In this document: positions 11,165 to 25,571 of the stretch, piece by piece
How positions within the stretch are numbered: the first letter of the stretch is position 1
Layout of the letters: each line of letters opens with the position of its first letter
Assembly: GCF_001194135.2 (NCBI RefSeq)
Contig: NC_068987.1
Span: 64,107,913-64,171,739, forward strand
DNA length: 63,827 nucleotides
Origin: Octopus bimaculoides
Taxonomy: Eukaryota
Direction of reading: 5' to 3'
Program-made: the position numbers and the translations under genes
The notes under the pieces: generated by a model
Databases searched by the model: none
What the model was told of the DNA's origin: nothing
What the model saw: only the letters and a program-made list of their open reading frames with translations

Positions 11165-12657
11165 CGGGTCAGTAAAAAGCTAGAAAGACTAGAAAGTCTA
11201 GCTATAAATGAAAAAGTCGACCATTCAGACTGGGCAGCTCCGACGGTTTATGTAAAGAAAAAAAAATAATAAACTAAGAGTGTGTGCTGACTTTTCGACT
11301 GGTTTGAAAGAAAAATACTGGAGAGCTGTGACACAGTAGATTGTTCATGGAAACTTCTTTAATGGTCAAATGTCCTAAAAGTGACTTGTTGCGGTCGTAG
11401 CAGTAGTGGTTGGAATTCTTCTAAATTCTTGTAGTAGTTTCGTTTATGGTGGAAGCATTCAAAATAAGTTTATATTTTGCGATAACATATGCTTCTTTGC
11501 TAAGGAATTTGAGGAACTAAAAAGCATGTTAACTTCAGACTTGTCGCTTACACACTTCGATCCGAAGTTGGAAACGGTACTGGCAACAGATGTTAATGAG
11601 TACGAGGCAGGTGCCGTAATCCTACAGTAATGTGAAGATGGCAGCCAAAAGGCCATAACTCACGTGTCAAGGAAAGAAATTATAGCCAAATTGAAAAAGA
11701 GGAATTGGTGATTATATTTGGCATAAAAATGTTCCACAGGTTTATACATGGAAGACGGTTTAGACTACAAACAGACCATCGCCCGTAGCTAAAGAATTCC
11801 ATATTGGACATCCGGGGATCGCAAGGATGAAAGCGCTTGTGTGCAGTTATATGTATTGGCCGAAGATGGACAAGGAAGTTGAAAACGTAGTTAAAGGCTG
11901 CAGAGGATGTGCTCTGGCAGTGAAATTGCCTACTCAAAAATGGGAGCCTTAGCCAAAAGTAAAAAGTGTATGAACAAGACTACACATCGATTTTGTGGAT
12001 CTGTTAATTGGTTATTGCTACTTAGTAGTAGTAGTAGTTGACAGTTTTACAAAATAGCCGGAAATTGTTAAGTGCAAAAGATCAACCTCCAAAATGGTAA
12101 TAAATGTTTTGCACTAAGTATTCGTAAGATTTACCATCCTAGATGTAATTGTATCTGATCATGGAACACGATTTGTATCCAATGAATTTAGAAAATTCTG
12201 CGAAATGTTCACGGTAGAACATAAAACGATAGCGCCTTACTATCCCAGATCAAATGGACAGGCAGAGCGTTTTGTGGACACTTTTAAAAGAGTTTTGAGA
12301 AAAGCAAACAAGGAAGCCACAGACAAAATCGCTCTGCAGCAATTTCTAAGGGTATACAGGGTGACACCGAACCCCAATACACCAGCAGGATCACCAGCAG
12401 AATTAATGTTCATGAGGAAGGTGAAATCAGTTTTTGATAAGTTGTCACCTGGCGAGGAAAGAAAAAGTAGTAGAAAAGACTATCCAAAATTCTTCAAAAT
12501 TGGTGATAAGGTGTACATAACGTCGTATAAAAACGGAAAGCATTACTGGGAAGAAGGAAAAATTATAAAGTACATAGCTAAAATGATATACGGAATTAAA
12601 AGTAGAAGAGGTATTAAAAAAAGACACAGAAACCAAGCGATCGTTTTACCATGTTAA
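11165..12657 (+). mobile_element. Ty3/gypsy LTR retrotransposon pol remnant (RT start, RNase H, integrase), internally deleted
   Basis: Translations: DHSDWAAPTVYVKKK/NKLRVCADFSTGL (RT); LTHFDPKLETVLATDV...[10 protein letters not shown]...QTDHRP (RNase H); HIGHPGIARMK...YWPKMD...CRGC (Zn finger); LHIDF...VSDHGTRF...YPRSNGQAERFVDTFK (integrase core). RT-RH-IN order is gypsy. Multiple stops. Confidence 0.95.
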
Positions 12658-14281
12658 AAATCCGAATCTAAAAATTACAGTAAAACTTCAGAATAGTGAA
12701 GGCTTTAGCTGTAACATTCGAAGCTAACAACAGGAGTTTCCAACCTCACATCAAACCAAAGGAGTCAATATTATGTATAGAAGATAATTCAATCCACCCA
12801 TCATTTCTTCGCAAACATTTTCAAACCGATTTGAGCAATGAATCTCAAACATCTCTTATGGTGTGTCACTCAGCGAAATCGCGAATATTTCCAACAATGC
12901 ACAGATGTCTTAGTATTGTTGTTGTAATTATTATGTATCTTAGTCATACATAACTGAATATGAGGAAATACAAGAATATGAAGACGTGATATATCAGATT
13001 CCATAAATTTACGTACACCTCTACTCAAAGTCTTTCAATATTATTTAAAACTCAAATTTAAACTTACTTGCTATAAGTAGCTCAACAATAATGAACATAG
13101 CTTGTAACATATAACATGTATTAATAATAAGGAAATAATGAAGTTTTTGAACCGAAAAAAAAACGCAAATATTAAAGCACAGAGTAAGTCTCAAAGTGTA
13201 TGCAACGCCAAGAAAATTAATTAGAAAATCAGCTATGCATACAGACATTGATATATCTAGTATTACCGAACACGGTATTGGTTATTTAGGTAAGACTGAC
13301 AGCAAAATTAAACAGATTTTATCAACATATCTCCACATTTAGTAAATTAAAATAAAATTATGAATAAAACTGCATTACATGTGACTTTTTATATATTGAT
13401 ATAACTTATATCATTAATTGATAGCATATAAAATACCAACTCATATTCAATCAAATGCATTGTACAATCTTTGTTCCCCAGAAATACATTTGGTCCTAAA
13501 ACATCAATCCCAAATAGTGAATAAGTACAGAGAATTAATATTTCATACCTTCATATGCGAAATCCCTATATGACATACTATTCGAAGACCATGGAAATAT
13601 TTACAAAACATTTCGCTTAATTTTCTTATAGCGAAATCTCTATAAGCGCTCGCGCCTAATCAATAGTAACCTCGAATATAGAGAGACCTTTTTACATTTC
13701 TCAAATCAATGAAGGTACGTACACTAATTCAATAGGCAAAAAAATATTTTCTCCCTCAAAAATACTTTGTTTTCAAAACCCGCCCAAAACAAAACATTAA
13801 AAAAAATACCTAATGTAGTAATTACAACCCCATAGTCCCAAAATACATACAAATGTATAAATATACACAAGTCAACAGGCAGAGGGAAACGCACACAACC
13901 ACACAATGCTTCCACATATATAATGGTTCAAATTTATGTGCTGATTCTCAGATGTATGCAAACACTCATCAAACAGTTGAAATGAACACACAACCGATAC
14001 ATATAAACGGAGAATGATCTTTCAGTAGAAACGAAAACATACGCTCACAGACACTGAAAACATTTCAACGAACTCAAAAACGTAGAAACCACAATCACAA
14101 AACGCACAATTGGAATACATAGTCAATAATTCAAGCACACGCAGAACTATATTTCCCCATTTCTTTCTTATAAAGCGATATCAAAATAAGAAAAACCATA
14201 CGAAGAGACATATTTTGGTGAAACTAGAAGTTGTAGTGAAACGGTTGAGTAACCAGGAAATTACTTTTATATATACATATA

Positions 14282-14815
<534 letters not shown>

Positions 14816-14995
14816 CTTGTGTACTCTTCCACTGAGTATTGACTTCTCTTCCACTGATTAATCTTTATATAAAGATATCAGTCAGTCTTTATGTAGCATA
14901 CGTTTGCTTCTCTCCTCGTATAAGATATAGGATAACTTACTCGAGATGAATAACAGAATATAAACACACACACATACCCCCCCCCCACACACACA

Positions 14996-14997
<2 letters not shown>

Positions 14998-15069
<72 letters not shown>

Positions 15070-15272
15070 ATGTAATTATATTCTGTTAATACTGACGTTC
15101 ATAGTGTACACAATGGCGAAAGAAACAGTCAATCTATAAACGCACTCATATAATTATGACATGTAGATGAGTAACAGAACAGGAACAACGAGTCAGATAT
15201 AGAGAACACAGGAAGATACACAACTCGTAGATGTGGAAACATAAATAGACAGACAGACAGACAGACAGACAT

Positions 15273-15330
<58 letters not shown>
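14998..15330. repeat. (TA)n and (AGAC)n/(AGAT)n microsatellites
   Basis: Directly visible. Confidence 0.9.
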
Positions 15331-15584
15331 CATTATATCATAAATCTACTAACGTGTATATTTTTGTCAAAGCAAATTATTGAATATATGTAATCGTGTA
15401 GATATACATGTGTATAAGTATATACATATGCATACATAATATTACATACGCAGACGAACGCACATAACTTAGATAAATATATTATGTATGTATAATACGC
15501 TAAAATGTTGATAGAGAAAACGTAATGAGTAGTTGGCGGAAATTAGTTTGTGTTTTTTCTTTCTTTCGCTGGGTGCTGATATTT

Positions 15585-15630
<46 letters not shown>

Positions 15631-15742
15631 TGAATTATAGAATACGATAAGGTAAAGTTTATTTGGTATTCGATGGAAATTCTTAGAAAGAAGGATGAAT
15701 TCATATTTTTGAGGTTCTATGACTATATTCATTAGATTAACG

Positions 15743-16005
15743 CAGTGGTTCTCAACCGAGGTCCGTACGGCCCTTGGGTGGGGGGCATATTAGAATTTGC
15801 TGCTAAAATTTATGTACAATAAATTGATTAAATTTCTAAAATACACAAAATATATTAACTTTTTTTTGTATACAATTCCTTATGATATGTAAGTATAAAA
15901 ATATAACAGGATTTTCTAAAGCATTGAATGGCTAGGATAGTCCACCCAAGTAAAATAGGAATCAAAGGGTTCCATAGTCAAAAAGAAAATGGTTGTGAAA
16001 CACTG
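15743..16005. mobile_element. hAT-superfamily MITE (263 bp) with perfect 8-bp TSD
   Basis: Termini CAGTGGTTCTCAACC...GGTTGTGAAACACTG. GATTAACG is duplicated at 15735-15742 and 16006-16013. CAG termini with an 8-bp TSD are hAT hallmarks. Confidence 0.92.
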
Positions 16006-16324
16006 GATTAACGTAAACACTGAGCCCTTAACTTTATAATTGAAGGGCACAGTTACTCTGAGCCTCATACCAAATGAAGTTACTCTAACACTTATAGAGC
16101 GTGGATTCCACTCTCTCCTTTCTTTAATTTACTTCTGCACATACATACTGGAACACACACACTTACACACAGCTTTTCTTTTAAATATGTTTTATTAAGA
16201 GAACGACTGTATTGTCCTAGTTAAAATTTTACTAAGGTTTTGACCGCAAAGATTTTGCACGAATTCCTCGGATTTTGTTGCAATATCTGTACTGTTCCGA
16301 ACACCCTTATCAATATTTCTACAA

Positions 16325-16524
16325 CTTAAGTCAGCGAGCTGGCAGAATCGTTAAGCACGCCGAGCAAAATACTTAGCAGCAATTCGCCTGTCGTTATGTT
16401 CTGAATTCAAATTCCACCGAGATCGATATTGCCTTTCATCCTTTCGGCGTCGATAAAATAGGTACCAGTTGAGCACTTACCCCCTCCCCCGAAATTACTG
16501 AACTTGTGCCAAAATTTCAAATCG
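16325..16524 (+). mobile_element. SINE-A copy with probable 10-bp TSD
   Basis: Family pattern present; ATATTTCTAC at 16313-16322 and 16525-16534. Confidence 0.88.
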
Positions 16525-17637
16525 ATATTTCTACCCCTTCATAATTTCTTCTTCTCGATGGAAACGTTGTCATATCTCGCAGTCTCTTTACAAGAAGCAA
16601 AGTCAACATGTTTGGCATTGACATTATCCCCATAATTTGCGTCTTCATCTTTTGATTTCATGCACCAGTCAGAGTATAGTATAACTTGCTATTTTAAACG
16701 TGACTAATGGATGTTATATGTTTATTTTAGTAATGTGACACGGAATTAGTGTCACTTCCGCCATTATCTATTTTAATTGTGAATTCAGTAGACGATAAAT
16801 ATGTTAAGTGTTCCTCTTTTGTTTGCTTGTTAACTAAAGTTTTTTTCTGTAGTGTTTGTTTACAATTATATAGGCACTGGTTTTGTGCGATGTTTGATGC
16901 ACTCATGCGACTAATTTTCAGTCAACGGTTACATCGTTAAACAATAATAATACGTTGTCGCAATCCATTTAACCAACTAGCGTCCGTTAAGATATTAAAC
17001 GTTTTCTATTGTATGCTAATGATATTACTAAATACCATGCTCTTATTTTCATACTTTTTCAAGAGTAGATTAATTTTTACAGTGGGGCTAAAAATATTTA
17101 CATAAAATAAACTACCATAGTAAGTTTATATTACATGTCCCTTTATCTTAACATCTAATACTTATCTTAATGAATGAAATCACTTTGCCAGTGCTTGGAC
17201 TGTTACGAAAATAAAGCAGCCCATTTAATTCTATCGGAGCTATAAGCTATAAGCTACTATTCTCTACGACGTGTGGAAAGAGACTACTCCAGCGATAAAA
17301 AATGGTGAAACTATTTAGAGTGATGCCTTTCAGTGGCTGTATAGAGAATATTGTGTGCCTTAAACACATATTTTCACAGCGGGGAATAAAAATTATTTAC
17401 TTTCCTAATGTGCATATATACATACATGAACATACACGCACGTGCACGCACGCACGAACACACACACACACACACATGCACACATTCATACAGAGAAAAA
17501 GCGAGAGAAGAGGAGAGAGACGTGGGTAGGTTTACGCTATATCTACCCATTCATCCAACACCCTATCTTTGTCTTCTCTCTCTTTCTCTAGAGAATGGAG
17601 AAGAGAAGGAAAATAGATAGAGAGAGAGAGAAAAAAA

Positions 17638-17690
<53 letters not shown>

Positions 17691-18502
17691 AGACAAGGCG
17701 TTCACTAACGGTGATAGTCTATACTCAGCAACAACACTAGCAATGTCATAAGAGAGCGCAGTTCCAGCTCGTTTCATAGATAAGGTCAATATGACTGATA
17801 TTTTTGTCGCAATTTGCTACTGAGAATATCTACTCTCATTCATCGTAAAATTTTAACCAGTAATTTGTAATGTATACACATATGTGTGAGGTAGGGGTGT
17901 GGGAATACATATTTATATGTATGTATATGCATTTGCATGTGTATATACATATACACATTCGTATATGCGTATATATGTTCGTATGTGTACGTATATATAT
18001 ATATATATATGTATATATATAATAGATATATATGCTTACATATCTATACGTAGATAGAAATGCACCCATGCATGTATACCATGTATATAAATATATGTAT
18101 ATGTATATACATACACACATACACACACACACACACACACACATACACACACACACGCATATGTATATATGAGGATGGGAATACCTTCTCGTTTCTCGCT
18201 GAAGTAATTAACATACATGCGTACCATAATAAGGCGCGACTTCCCTCATTTATAATCTCGTTGAACCAAGTAACAACAGATAATTATGAACAATAATGTT
18301 ATAAACCAATATGGAGGAAATAACTATCCATGTTGTCCCACTTTAACCCATTCCGATCATTTGCAATAATTTATGCAATACTTTGAAACGCATCAAAACC
18401 TGCACGGTCAAATGAAAAACTAGACCACCTCTTGACAACTGTAAATATTCGTGGCCGCGTGGGTAGAGTGGTGCGTTACGTTCGGAGGAAATCCTGACCT
18501 AC

Positions 18503-18580
18503 CCGCCTCGTCAGCAGGGTGGTTTCATTCGAATACGAAGAAGGATTTGTGGCCAACGGTACATAACAACATCGAATAGT
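18503..18580 (-). CDS. Candidate 78-nt internal exon, unknown product
   Basis: CAG acceptor and CGG|GTAGGT donor enclose the open frame TIRCCYVPLATNPSSYSNETTLLTRR. The polypyrimidine tract is weak. Confidence 0.2.
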
Positions 18581-19160
18581 CTGGTCGATAGTTTAATAAA
18601 GTAATATTGAAAGATTATCTCATAGTTACGACAGAATAAATCTAAAATCTACGAACCATAGTTTATTATTTAGTTCTATATCAAAGGCATAGATACCAAT
18701 TTATTTTTGCGTGTGTGTGTTTTCCCCTAATATAACCTGGGCAACGTCTAATGTTTCAGTTTGTGGTTTCCACATCGATACAGTCTTGTTTGATTCTAGT
18801 ACCACAGTTCTACAGAATAAATGTCACATGCCAAACCATAGTTATCAATTTGAAGCAGTTCTAGAGTACTGAATTATTGATCAACAGCACAAAAATCCTT
18901 GCATTCAAGCCAATGGTGTTACAGAAAACAAAATAGCTTGCCTGCATAACTACCGTATTTCTCCAAAGCATATCTCAAAAATTCACCCCGCTTCTTACGC
19001 TAAGTTGGGTCTTTCCATAAGCTAATTTTGTCCCTGACGCTCACATTTCCCTGAATATGCGCTACTGTAACTGGGTTGTGCCTAATATACTCGTGCATAT
19101 TTTATGCCATCAAAAACAATATATTTATGTGCACTTGCCCAACTAATTTTTTCTACAGTG

Positions 19161-19380
19161 TACAATAGAACTTGCCTGCTTAACAATAGTTGCACGCTAG
19201 CTAATAGAACTGAATCTGTTTCACAATGGCTCTACGGACTATAATAGAACTCGTCTCATTAACCGTATAGAGTAGTACAAAACTTGCCTAACTAACCATA
19301 ATTTTACAGAATAGAAAATAGCTCGCTTACCAAAGTATTTTACTACAGGATACAAAACTGTTTACCCAAGCATTCGTAAT
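19161..19380. repeat. Degenerate ~36-41-bp minisatellite, about six units
   Basis: Unit starts resembling TACAA(TAG)AACT(T)GCC at 19161, 19202, 19240, 19276, 19312 and 19351. Confidence 0.5.
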
Positions 19381-19466
19381 TATCCCCTTTTAGATATTTA
19401 ACATTAGGAAGAATCATCTAAATAAGTAAGTCATTATTAATATATTTTATTATGAAAAAAGGATCA

Positions 19467-20500
19467 AGTAGGCGAAGTGGAAGATTCGTTAGCACGCCAG
19501 CATTTCCGTCCGTCTTTACGTTCTGAATCCAAACTCCACCGAGGTCGACTTTCCCTTTCATCCTTTCGGGGTTGATAAACTAAGTACCAGTTGAGTACCG
19601 GGGTCAATGTAATCGATTAGCTCCCTCCCCTAAATTCCTTGCCTTGTGCCTTTAGCAGAAAGCATTATGAAAAAGGATCAGGGCAGCGAGCCGGCAGAGT
19701 CGTTAGCCGGCCGGGCAAAATGCTTAGCGGCATTTTGTCCGTCTTTATGCTTAAATTCTGCCGAGATCGACTTTGCCTTTCATCCTTTCGGGTCGATAAA
19801 ATAAGTACCAGCTGGATAATCGGGCAGATGTAATCGGCTTACCCCATCCCCGAAACTGCTGGCCTTGTGTCAAAATTTGAAACCAATATTAAAAAGGAAC
19901 AACTGGTAGAATTATTAGCTAGTCGGACAAAACGTTAAGCGGCATTTCTTCCTACTCTTTGCGTTCTGTATTGAAATTCTACCGAAGTGAGCTTTGCTTT
20001 TCTTCCCTTCGAGATCGATAAAATAATTCCCCTTAAAATTGATGACCTTGTGCCTAAATTAGAACGAATTATTAAAGGAGATAAAGGGAGTGGGGTGGTA
20101 GAATCATTAGCTCATCGGACAAAACGCTTAGCATCATTTCTTCCGTCTTAACGATCTGAGCTCAAACTTCGCCGAGATTGACTTTGTTGTTCGTCCTATA
20201 ATGGTCGATAGAATAAAGTACCAGTCCAGTCAAATACTGGCGCCAGTGTAATCGACTTTTTCCCTCCCCTCAAAACTGCTGGCCTTGTACTGAGCTGGCA
20301 AAATCACTGGCTCACCGGACAAAATGCATAGCAGGATTTTGTCTTCTGCGTTCAAATTTCGCCAAAGTTCATTTTGCCTACCATCCATTCGAAATCGTTA
20401 AAATAAATACCAGATGAACACTAGGGTCAATGTAATCGACATGCACCACCTCCCCTCAAAATTGCTGGCCTTGTGCCCAAATTAGCAGGAATGATTAAAG
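19467..20500 (+). mobile_element. Head-to-tail array of at least five SINE-A copies
   Basis: Units begin near 19467, 19682, 19895, 20085 and 20290. Each carries diverged family motifs. A very decayed partial sixth copy may follow at ~20550-20660. Confidence 0.88.
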
Positions 20501-20954
20501 ATATGAAGAAGAATAACTAGAGCAAGGACCAGAATGACAATGACGATTTTGCATAGCAAAATTTGGGAACGATAAAATATAAACCATTCAGCTACTGGCA
20601 GTCGATATATTGGCATGTACTCTCTCCTAAAGTGTAGGGGTCTTGATCCTTATGTTTTAAATTTTTATTCTATTATATTTATTCTTTTACTGGAGACGAC
20701 CGAGTATAGATGCACTCCTCAAATAGTTCGTTAAGGATATAAATAATAGTTCCAGGTCTACTCTCCAAATGTCTAGACATAATAAGATTGTGTTAACGAC
20801 ATTACGCTTGCAGAATCAAGTCACTAGGTCTTACTGCTTCTGAGGTCAGATTAGGACACATGGAGGAATTCTACATTTTCTCCAGCAGAGTATGTATACC
20901 GTAGACGAGAACTGAACAGTAACTCTGATATTATTTTACTGACTAAACATTTCT

Positions 20955-20987
20955 CATACACACATATATATACATATATCTGTACAT

Positions 20988-21018
<31 letters not shown>

Positions 21019-21059
21019 CACAGACACACACATATATATATATGTATTATGCATGTGTG

Positions 21060-21153
<94 letters not shown>

Positions 21154-21605
21154 TGTATGTATGTATATGTATCTATGTATGTATCTATGTATGTACGTTT
21201 GTGAATGGCTGCGTGTGCGCGCATGTGTGAACGTTTGCGCGTGCGCGCGTAACATATATATGTCTGATTTTATGCGTTTGTATGTATGTGTGTGTTAATT
21301 ACACGAGTGTTTCAATCTCTAAGGACTTCTGATAAAATATGCTTCTATGTATGCCTGTTTGTCTTAGTTACTGTGCGTGCGCACGCGACCATATATATGT
21401 GTGTTATGTATGTACGAATTCCAGCAGAAACGCCCAAAAGTTTCCAATGCACACGGATACATACCCAAATACAACTGGACAACCTTTAAATTATTCATAT
21501 ACACAATTACATGCACGCATATATGTAAATATATGTATACATACACATATGCACAATTTATATATATATACGCACACATATATACATACACATACATACG
21601 TGTGA

Positions 21606-21640
<35 letters not shown>

Positions 21641-22029
21641 ATATATGTAATATATATCTTTATATATATTATATATGTGTGTGTGTTTGTGTGTGTCTGT
21701 GTGTGTGTGTGTGCGTACATGTACGTATCTCATTCTCCCTTTCTGTGCATACATATATACATACACACACACACACACTTACATACACACTCACACACAC
21801 ACACATACACACACACACTCACACACACACACACACACATACACACACACTCACACACACACACACACACACATACACACACATACATACACATACACAC
21901 GCACATATATTACTGAAGGATTGGAGGATAATTCATTTAGGAATATATGTATATATAACCCATATTTATGAAATATATTCCTTTTCTCTTTTCTATTTTT
22001 AATGCAAGTATATTTTTAATCAAATCATT

Positions 22030-22092
<63 letters not shown>
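20955..22092. repeat. Extended (AT)/(AC)/(ATGT) microsatellite field
   Basis: Directly visible. Confidence 0.9.
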
Positions 22093-22094
<2 letters not shown>

Positions 22095-22324
22095 TCTATG
22101 CGTGTATATGAGTGCATGTATGTATGCAAGCATACATGCATTTATGTATGTATTATATACATAAAATGCCAATGTTACAAAATACCATAGTAACTTCAGT
22201 ATGTAACGAGATCAGTAAAACCCAAAAGAGACTCGTGGTTCTTGTGGTTGGTAAAATTTGTGAAATAACAGAATACCAATTTATTTGTGTCTCTGATGAC
22301 GAATGTGTAATCCGTGCATAGATC

Positions 22325-22752
22325 TTATGAGTTCAGTTTCGTCTGAGTGTTACTTTGCCTCTCATAAATTTGTGATCGATAAAATAAAGTAGCCATTCGA
22401 TCTAGTACTTTGATCGCTCCGGAGGGATGAAAGACAAAATTGACTACAGCGCCATTTGAACAGAGAACTTTATGTTCTAAAAATACCTGAATGAAATATT
22501 TTTTGAACAATTAATTCCATCTTTCTTTTATTTTCTCCCGCTTGTTGTTGCAGTTGTTGTGCCGTCATTGCTGTCGTTGTCGACGTCGTTATTGTCTTTT
22601 ATTGTTCTTGTAGTAATATCCTGAAGTTTTGAGGGTGGGGGCTTATCGATGACATCGACCCCAATGCATAACTGGTACTTATTTCATCGAAAAGATGAAA
22701 AGCACAGTAAACCTCGGCGGAATTTGAACTCAGAACATAAGGACGGACGAAA
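22325..22752. mobile_element. SINE-A fragments (+ ~22325-22400; - ~22400-22475; - ~22620-22752)
   Basis: Partial matches to ACTTTGCC/GATAAAATAA and GATGAAAG...CCTCGGCGGAATTTGAACTCAGAAC. Confidence 0.7.
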
Positions 22753-22915
22753 GGTTGTAGTAATATCAACCTTTCGAAAGCATAAGATTGCGTTCAATAA
22801 CAATTGTCAATAGCAGGGGCAAAAGTGAGCAAGGACATTGGAATCTTCAAATAGTAAACTGCGTTCAATTCCAGTCAAAGTAAACACACACACAAACGTA
22901 TGTGTGTGAGTGTAT

Positions 22916-22953
<38 letters not shown>

Positions 22954-23024
22954 GTGTGTGTGTGTGTAACTTTATGTGTGAGTGTATACGTGTATAGTCA
23001 TAACAAGAAATGCAGACGCATAGC

Positions 23025-23027
<3 letters not shown>

Positions 23028-23119
<92 letters not shown>

Positions 23120-23124
23120 GTGTG
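23028..23124. repeat. (GT)n microsatellite
   Basis: Directly visible. Confidence 0.95.
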
Positions 23125-25571
23125 AAGGCAACTGATGACAAATGAACCGTAATTTCGAAATTTTGTTTTATGAAATTAAAAAAAGAGACAGACAATCAGA
23201 CTGACAGACAGAATCAGGGAGAAAAGAATGCTACTCCAGATAAAAGAAAATAGGGTAACAATATTCAAAAATGTTGCACTGAAACTAGTAAGTAATCTCA
23301 AACGTTGAGATAATTCTGCGTCAATAGGAAGATATCATGTGTATTTTGATGTAGGATTTTTATGCGGCCTCATCGCAACATCGTCAGTATGTATGGTGAG
23401 GGAATGCGTCTTCACACATTAATTTTCTTTGCTTCTTATTTCGTTTTTTTTTTTTACCTTCATGAGTTCAGCACTTGAAGAACATTTCTCGAATTGAAGA
23501 GAAAACCAGTCTGCAAAAGGCATGCTGGAGGATTTGAGTTTACTGTTGTAACTTAGGAAACACTCGTCAATTGTACACTGTTTTCACCGAAAGCTACTTG
23601 CAGCGTTTATGTCAAATTATTGTTGTTTTGTTTTTATTTACAACACAATACTGGAAAGTTGATGTTTCTTTATAAATATTCACTGTATATGAAGTATATC
23701 TACATTCAAGACAATTAACTTTCCGTAGCTCTCTAGTGCTGGAATGTCATTTTTATAACATAGTCATAACAAGAAATGCAGACGCATAGCCATTTTCAGG
23801 ACCTTCTAAATCTAGACTGCAAACTTGGTTCGAATACTTGCATCAGAGGAGATTCCACTAAAGTTATTTGTGGGCCATATGATGCTGACAGACTAACTCT
23901 ACTCTCATCCCAAGTTCAAGAACGGTACTTCCAATGGGCTTCCATATATTTTTCTGCTTATTAAATTTTACTCACAATGCGTTGGTCGACCAGATGTTAC
24001 GGTAGGTTGTGCGCGATGAAATTGACCCTGAAACTTTGTAGTTGCGAGACGAAATTCCTAACGATGCAGTCGTGCCTGAACTCAAACTTTGTAGACAACA
24101 GTAATACGAACAGCCGGCCGTTTTGGCTGCTAGACAGAAGTGATAATGACTTAGACATTGACAACTGTGTTCCTGTGATGTTATAGAATTGATAAAAATG
24201 TGAGAGGTGATGTAGTTGATCATGGCCGAGTTGGTAAGTGGGTGAAAATAACTGATTCAGTTGGAGAAATATTTATGGGAATGTCTGGGAAGCCCTAATT
24301 CATATCACACATGTTATTCCAATGTGTTCAGCTTGAGTTTGTCGTCTCCCCCACCTCTCTCTCTCTCGATTCTCCCTTCTTCCTTACCGCCTTTGATTCT
24401 TCATTCTCTCTAGCATTCCTCACTCTCACAATTTCTATCAATTAAGAGACTAGATAGACTCACAGTAGAATTCCATTGCAAGGCTCTATTCATTTGCATT
24501 CACAAATATGACATCTCAAATAATATTTTCTCTCCTTCTTAGTCTGGATTAATTGAGTCATCAAAGAAATTCAGAACAGAAATGTTTAGCTAAGTAACAA
24601 ACTTCTTGGATTTTCAAGAAATAGTGTTATTTTTTTACTATAATAATAATATCTGGAAAAATTGAAACTGAGACCTCTGCTATCTGAAGAGCTCGTAGTT
24701 CAAACCGCTCCACCGGTGTTGCCCTGTGACTCATGGCATGGACAATTAACTATCCATAGTTTATTCATCAAGCGAATTATGAAATGAATTTAACGAGAGA
24801 TGTGTTTTAACATGGGAAACATTGTAAGTATTACATAATTTTTGTTGATTTCGGAATTCAGGATAAATCAAGTCATGGCAAGACTAATATTGCTCCAAAC
24901 TTAAGCTGTGCCAGATAAGAGCAAGTTATGGTAATCGCTTTTATCATCTAATACGGAGCATCCGAAAGTCCCCAGCGAATTCCTTAATTCCTCTCCTCAT
25001 TTTAAATTGCTAAGTAGTAAATATTTTCGCCGTCATATTCTTTGCATTTATTGAAACAATTTATGAAACTAATATTTTATGTATATATATTGCAATCAAA
25101 TAAAAATTTTAAAATTGTTTCATACAATCATTAAACTTCCATTTGATTTAACGTCCATATATATGGTTAGGAAGGTCGAAAGCACTGTATTATTGAATCA
25201 TCAAAATCTGGAAAGTAAATGTTAATTGGTTTTCACGAATTGATTATTTTTTAACATCTCAGTTAGCCCAGAACTTTCAACGACTGTGAAACTTCCATGA
25301 AAACAAACTTGAGCATGTGGAGTTTGATTTTCAGTATTTTTCCATGATATTAAAGGTTTGTAGGCACGTGGCACTTCGTTATGCAAACACAATATACTAT
25401 GAAGTATACTAAATGTTTCTTATAAGTCGGTAGTACGTTCTACTGCGTCAGCAGTGCTTGTTACTTTATTTTTAAGGTAGTTTCTATAGATATTCTATAG
25501 AAACTATTGCCAGCAATGATTTTTGCTACAACGTTTCGTATCGAGACGTCAGATGTAAACAGGCAATGAGA

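Noticed and set aside
12660-13100. 3' LTR or polypurine tract of the gypsy remnant
   Set aside because: No similarity to 10663-10909 was seen.
19161-20500. CRISPR-like periodicity (38-bp units; ~210-bp SINE array)
   Set aside because: There are no conserved short repeats with unique spacers and no cas genes; the context is eukaryotic and the units are SINEs or a decayed minisatellite.
23780-24240. Unique segment ending in a TTG|GTAAGT donor, with weak transposase-like words
   Set aside because: No frame is open to the donor and no convincing motif is present.
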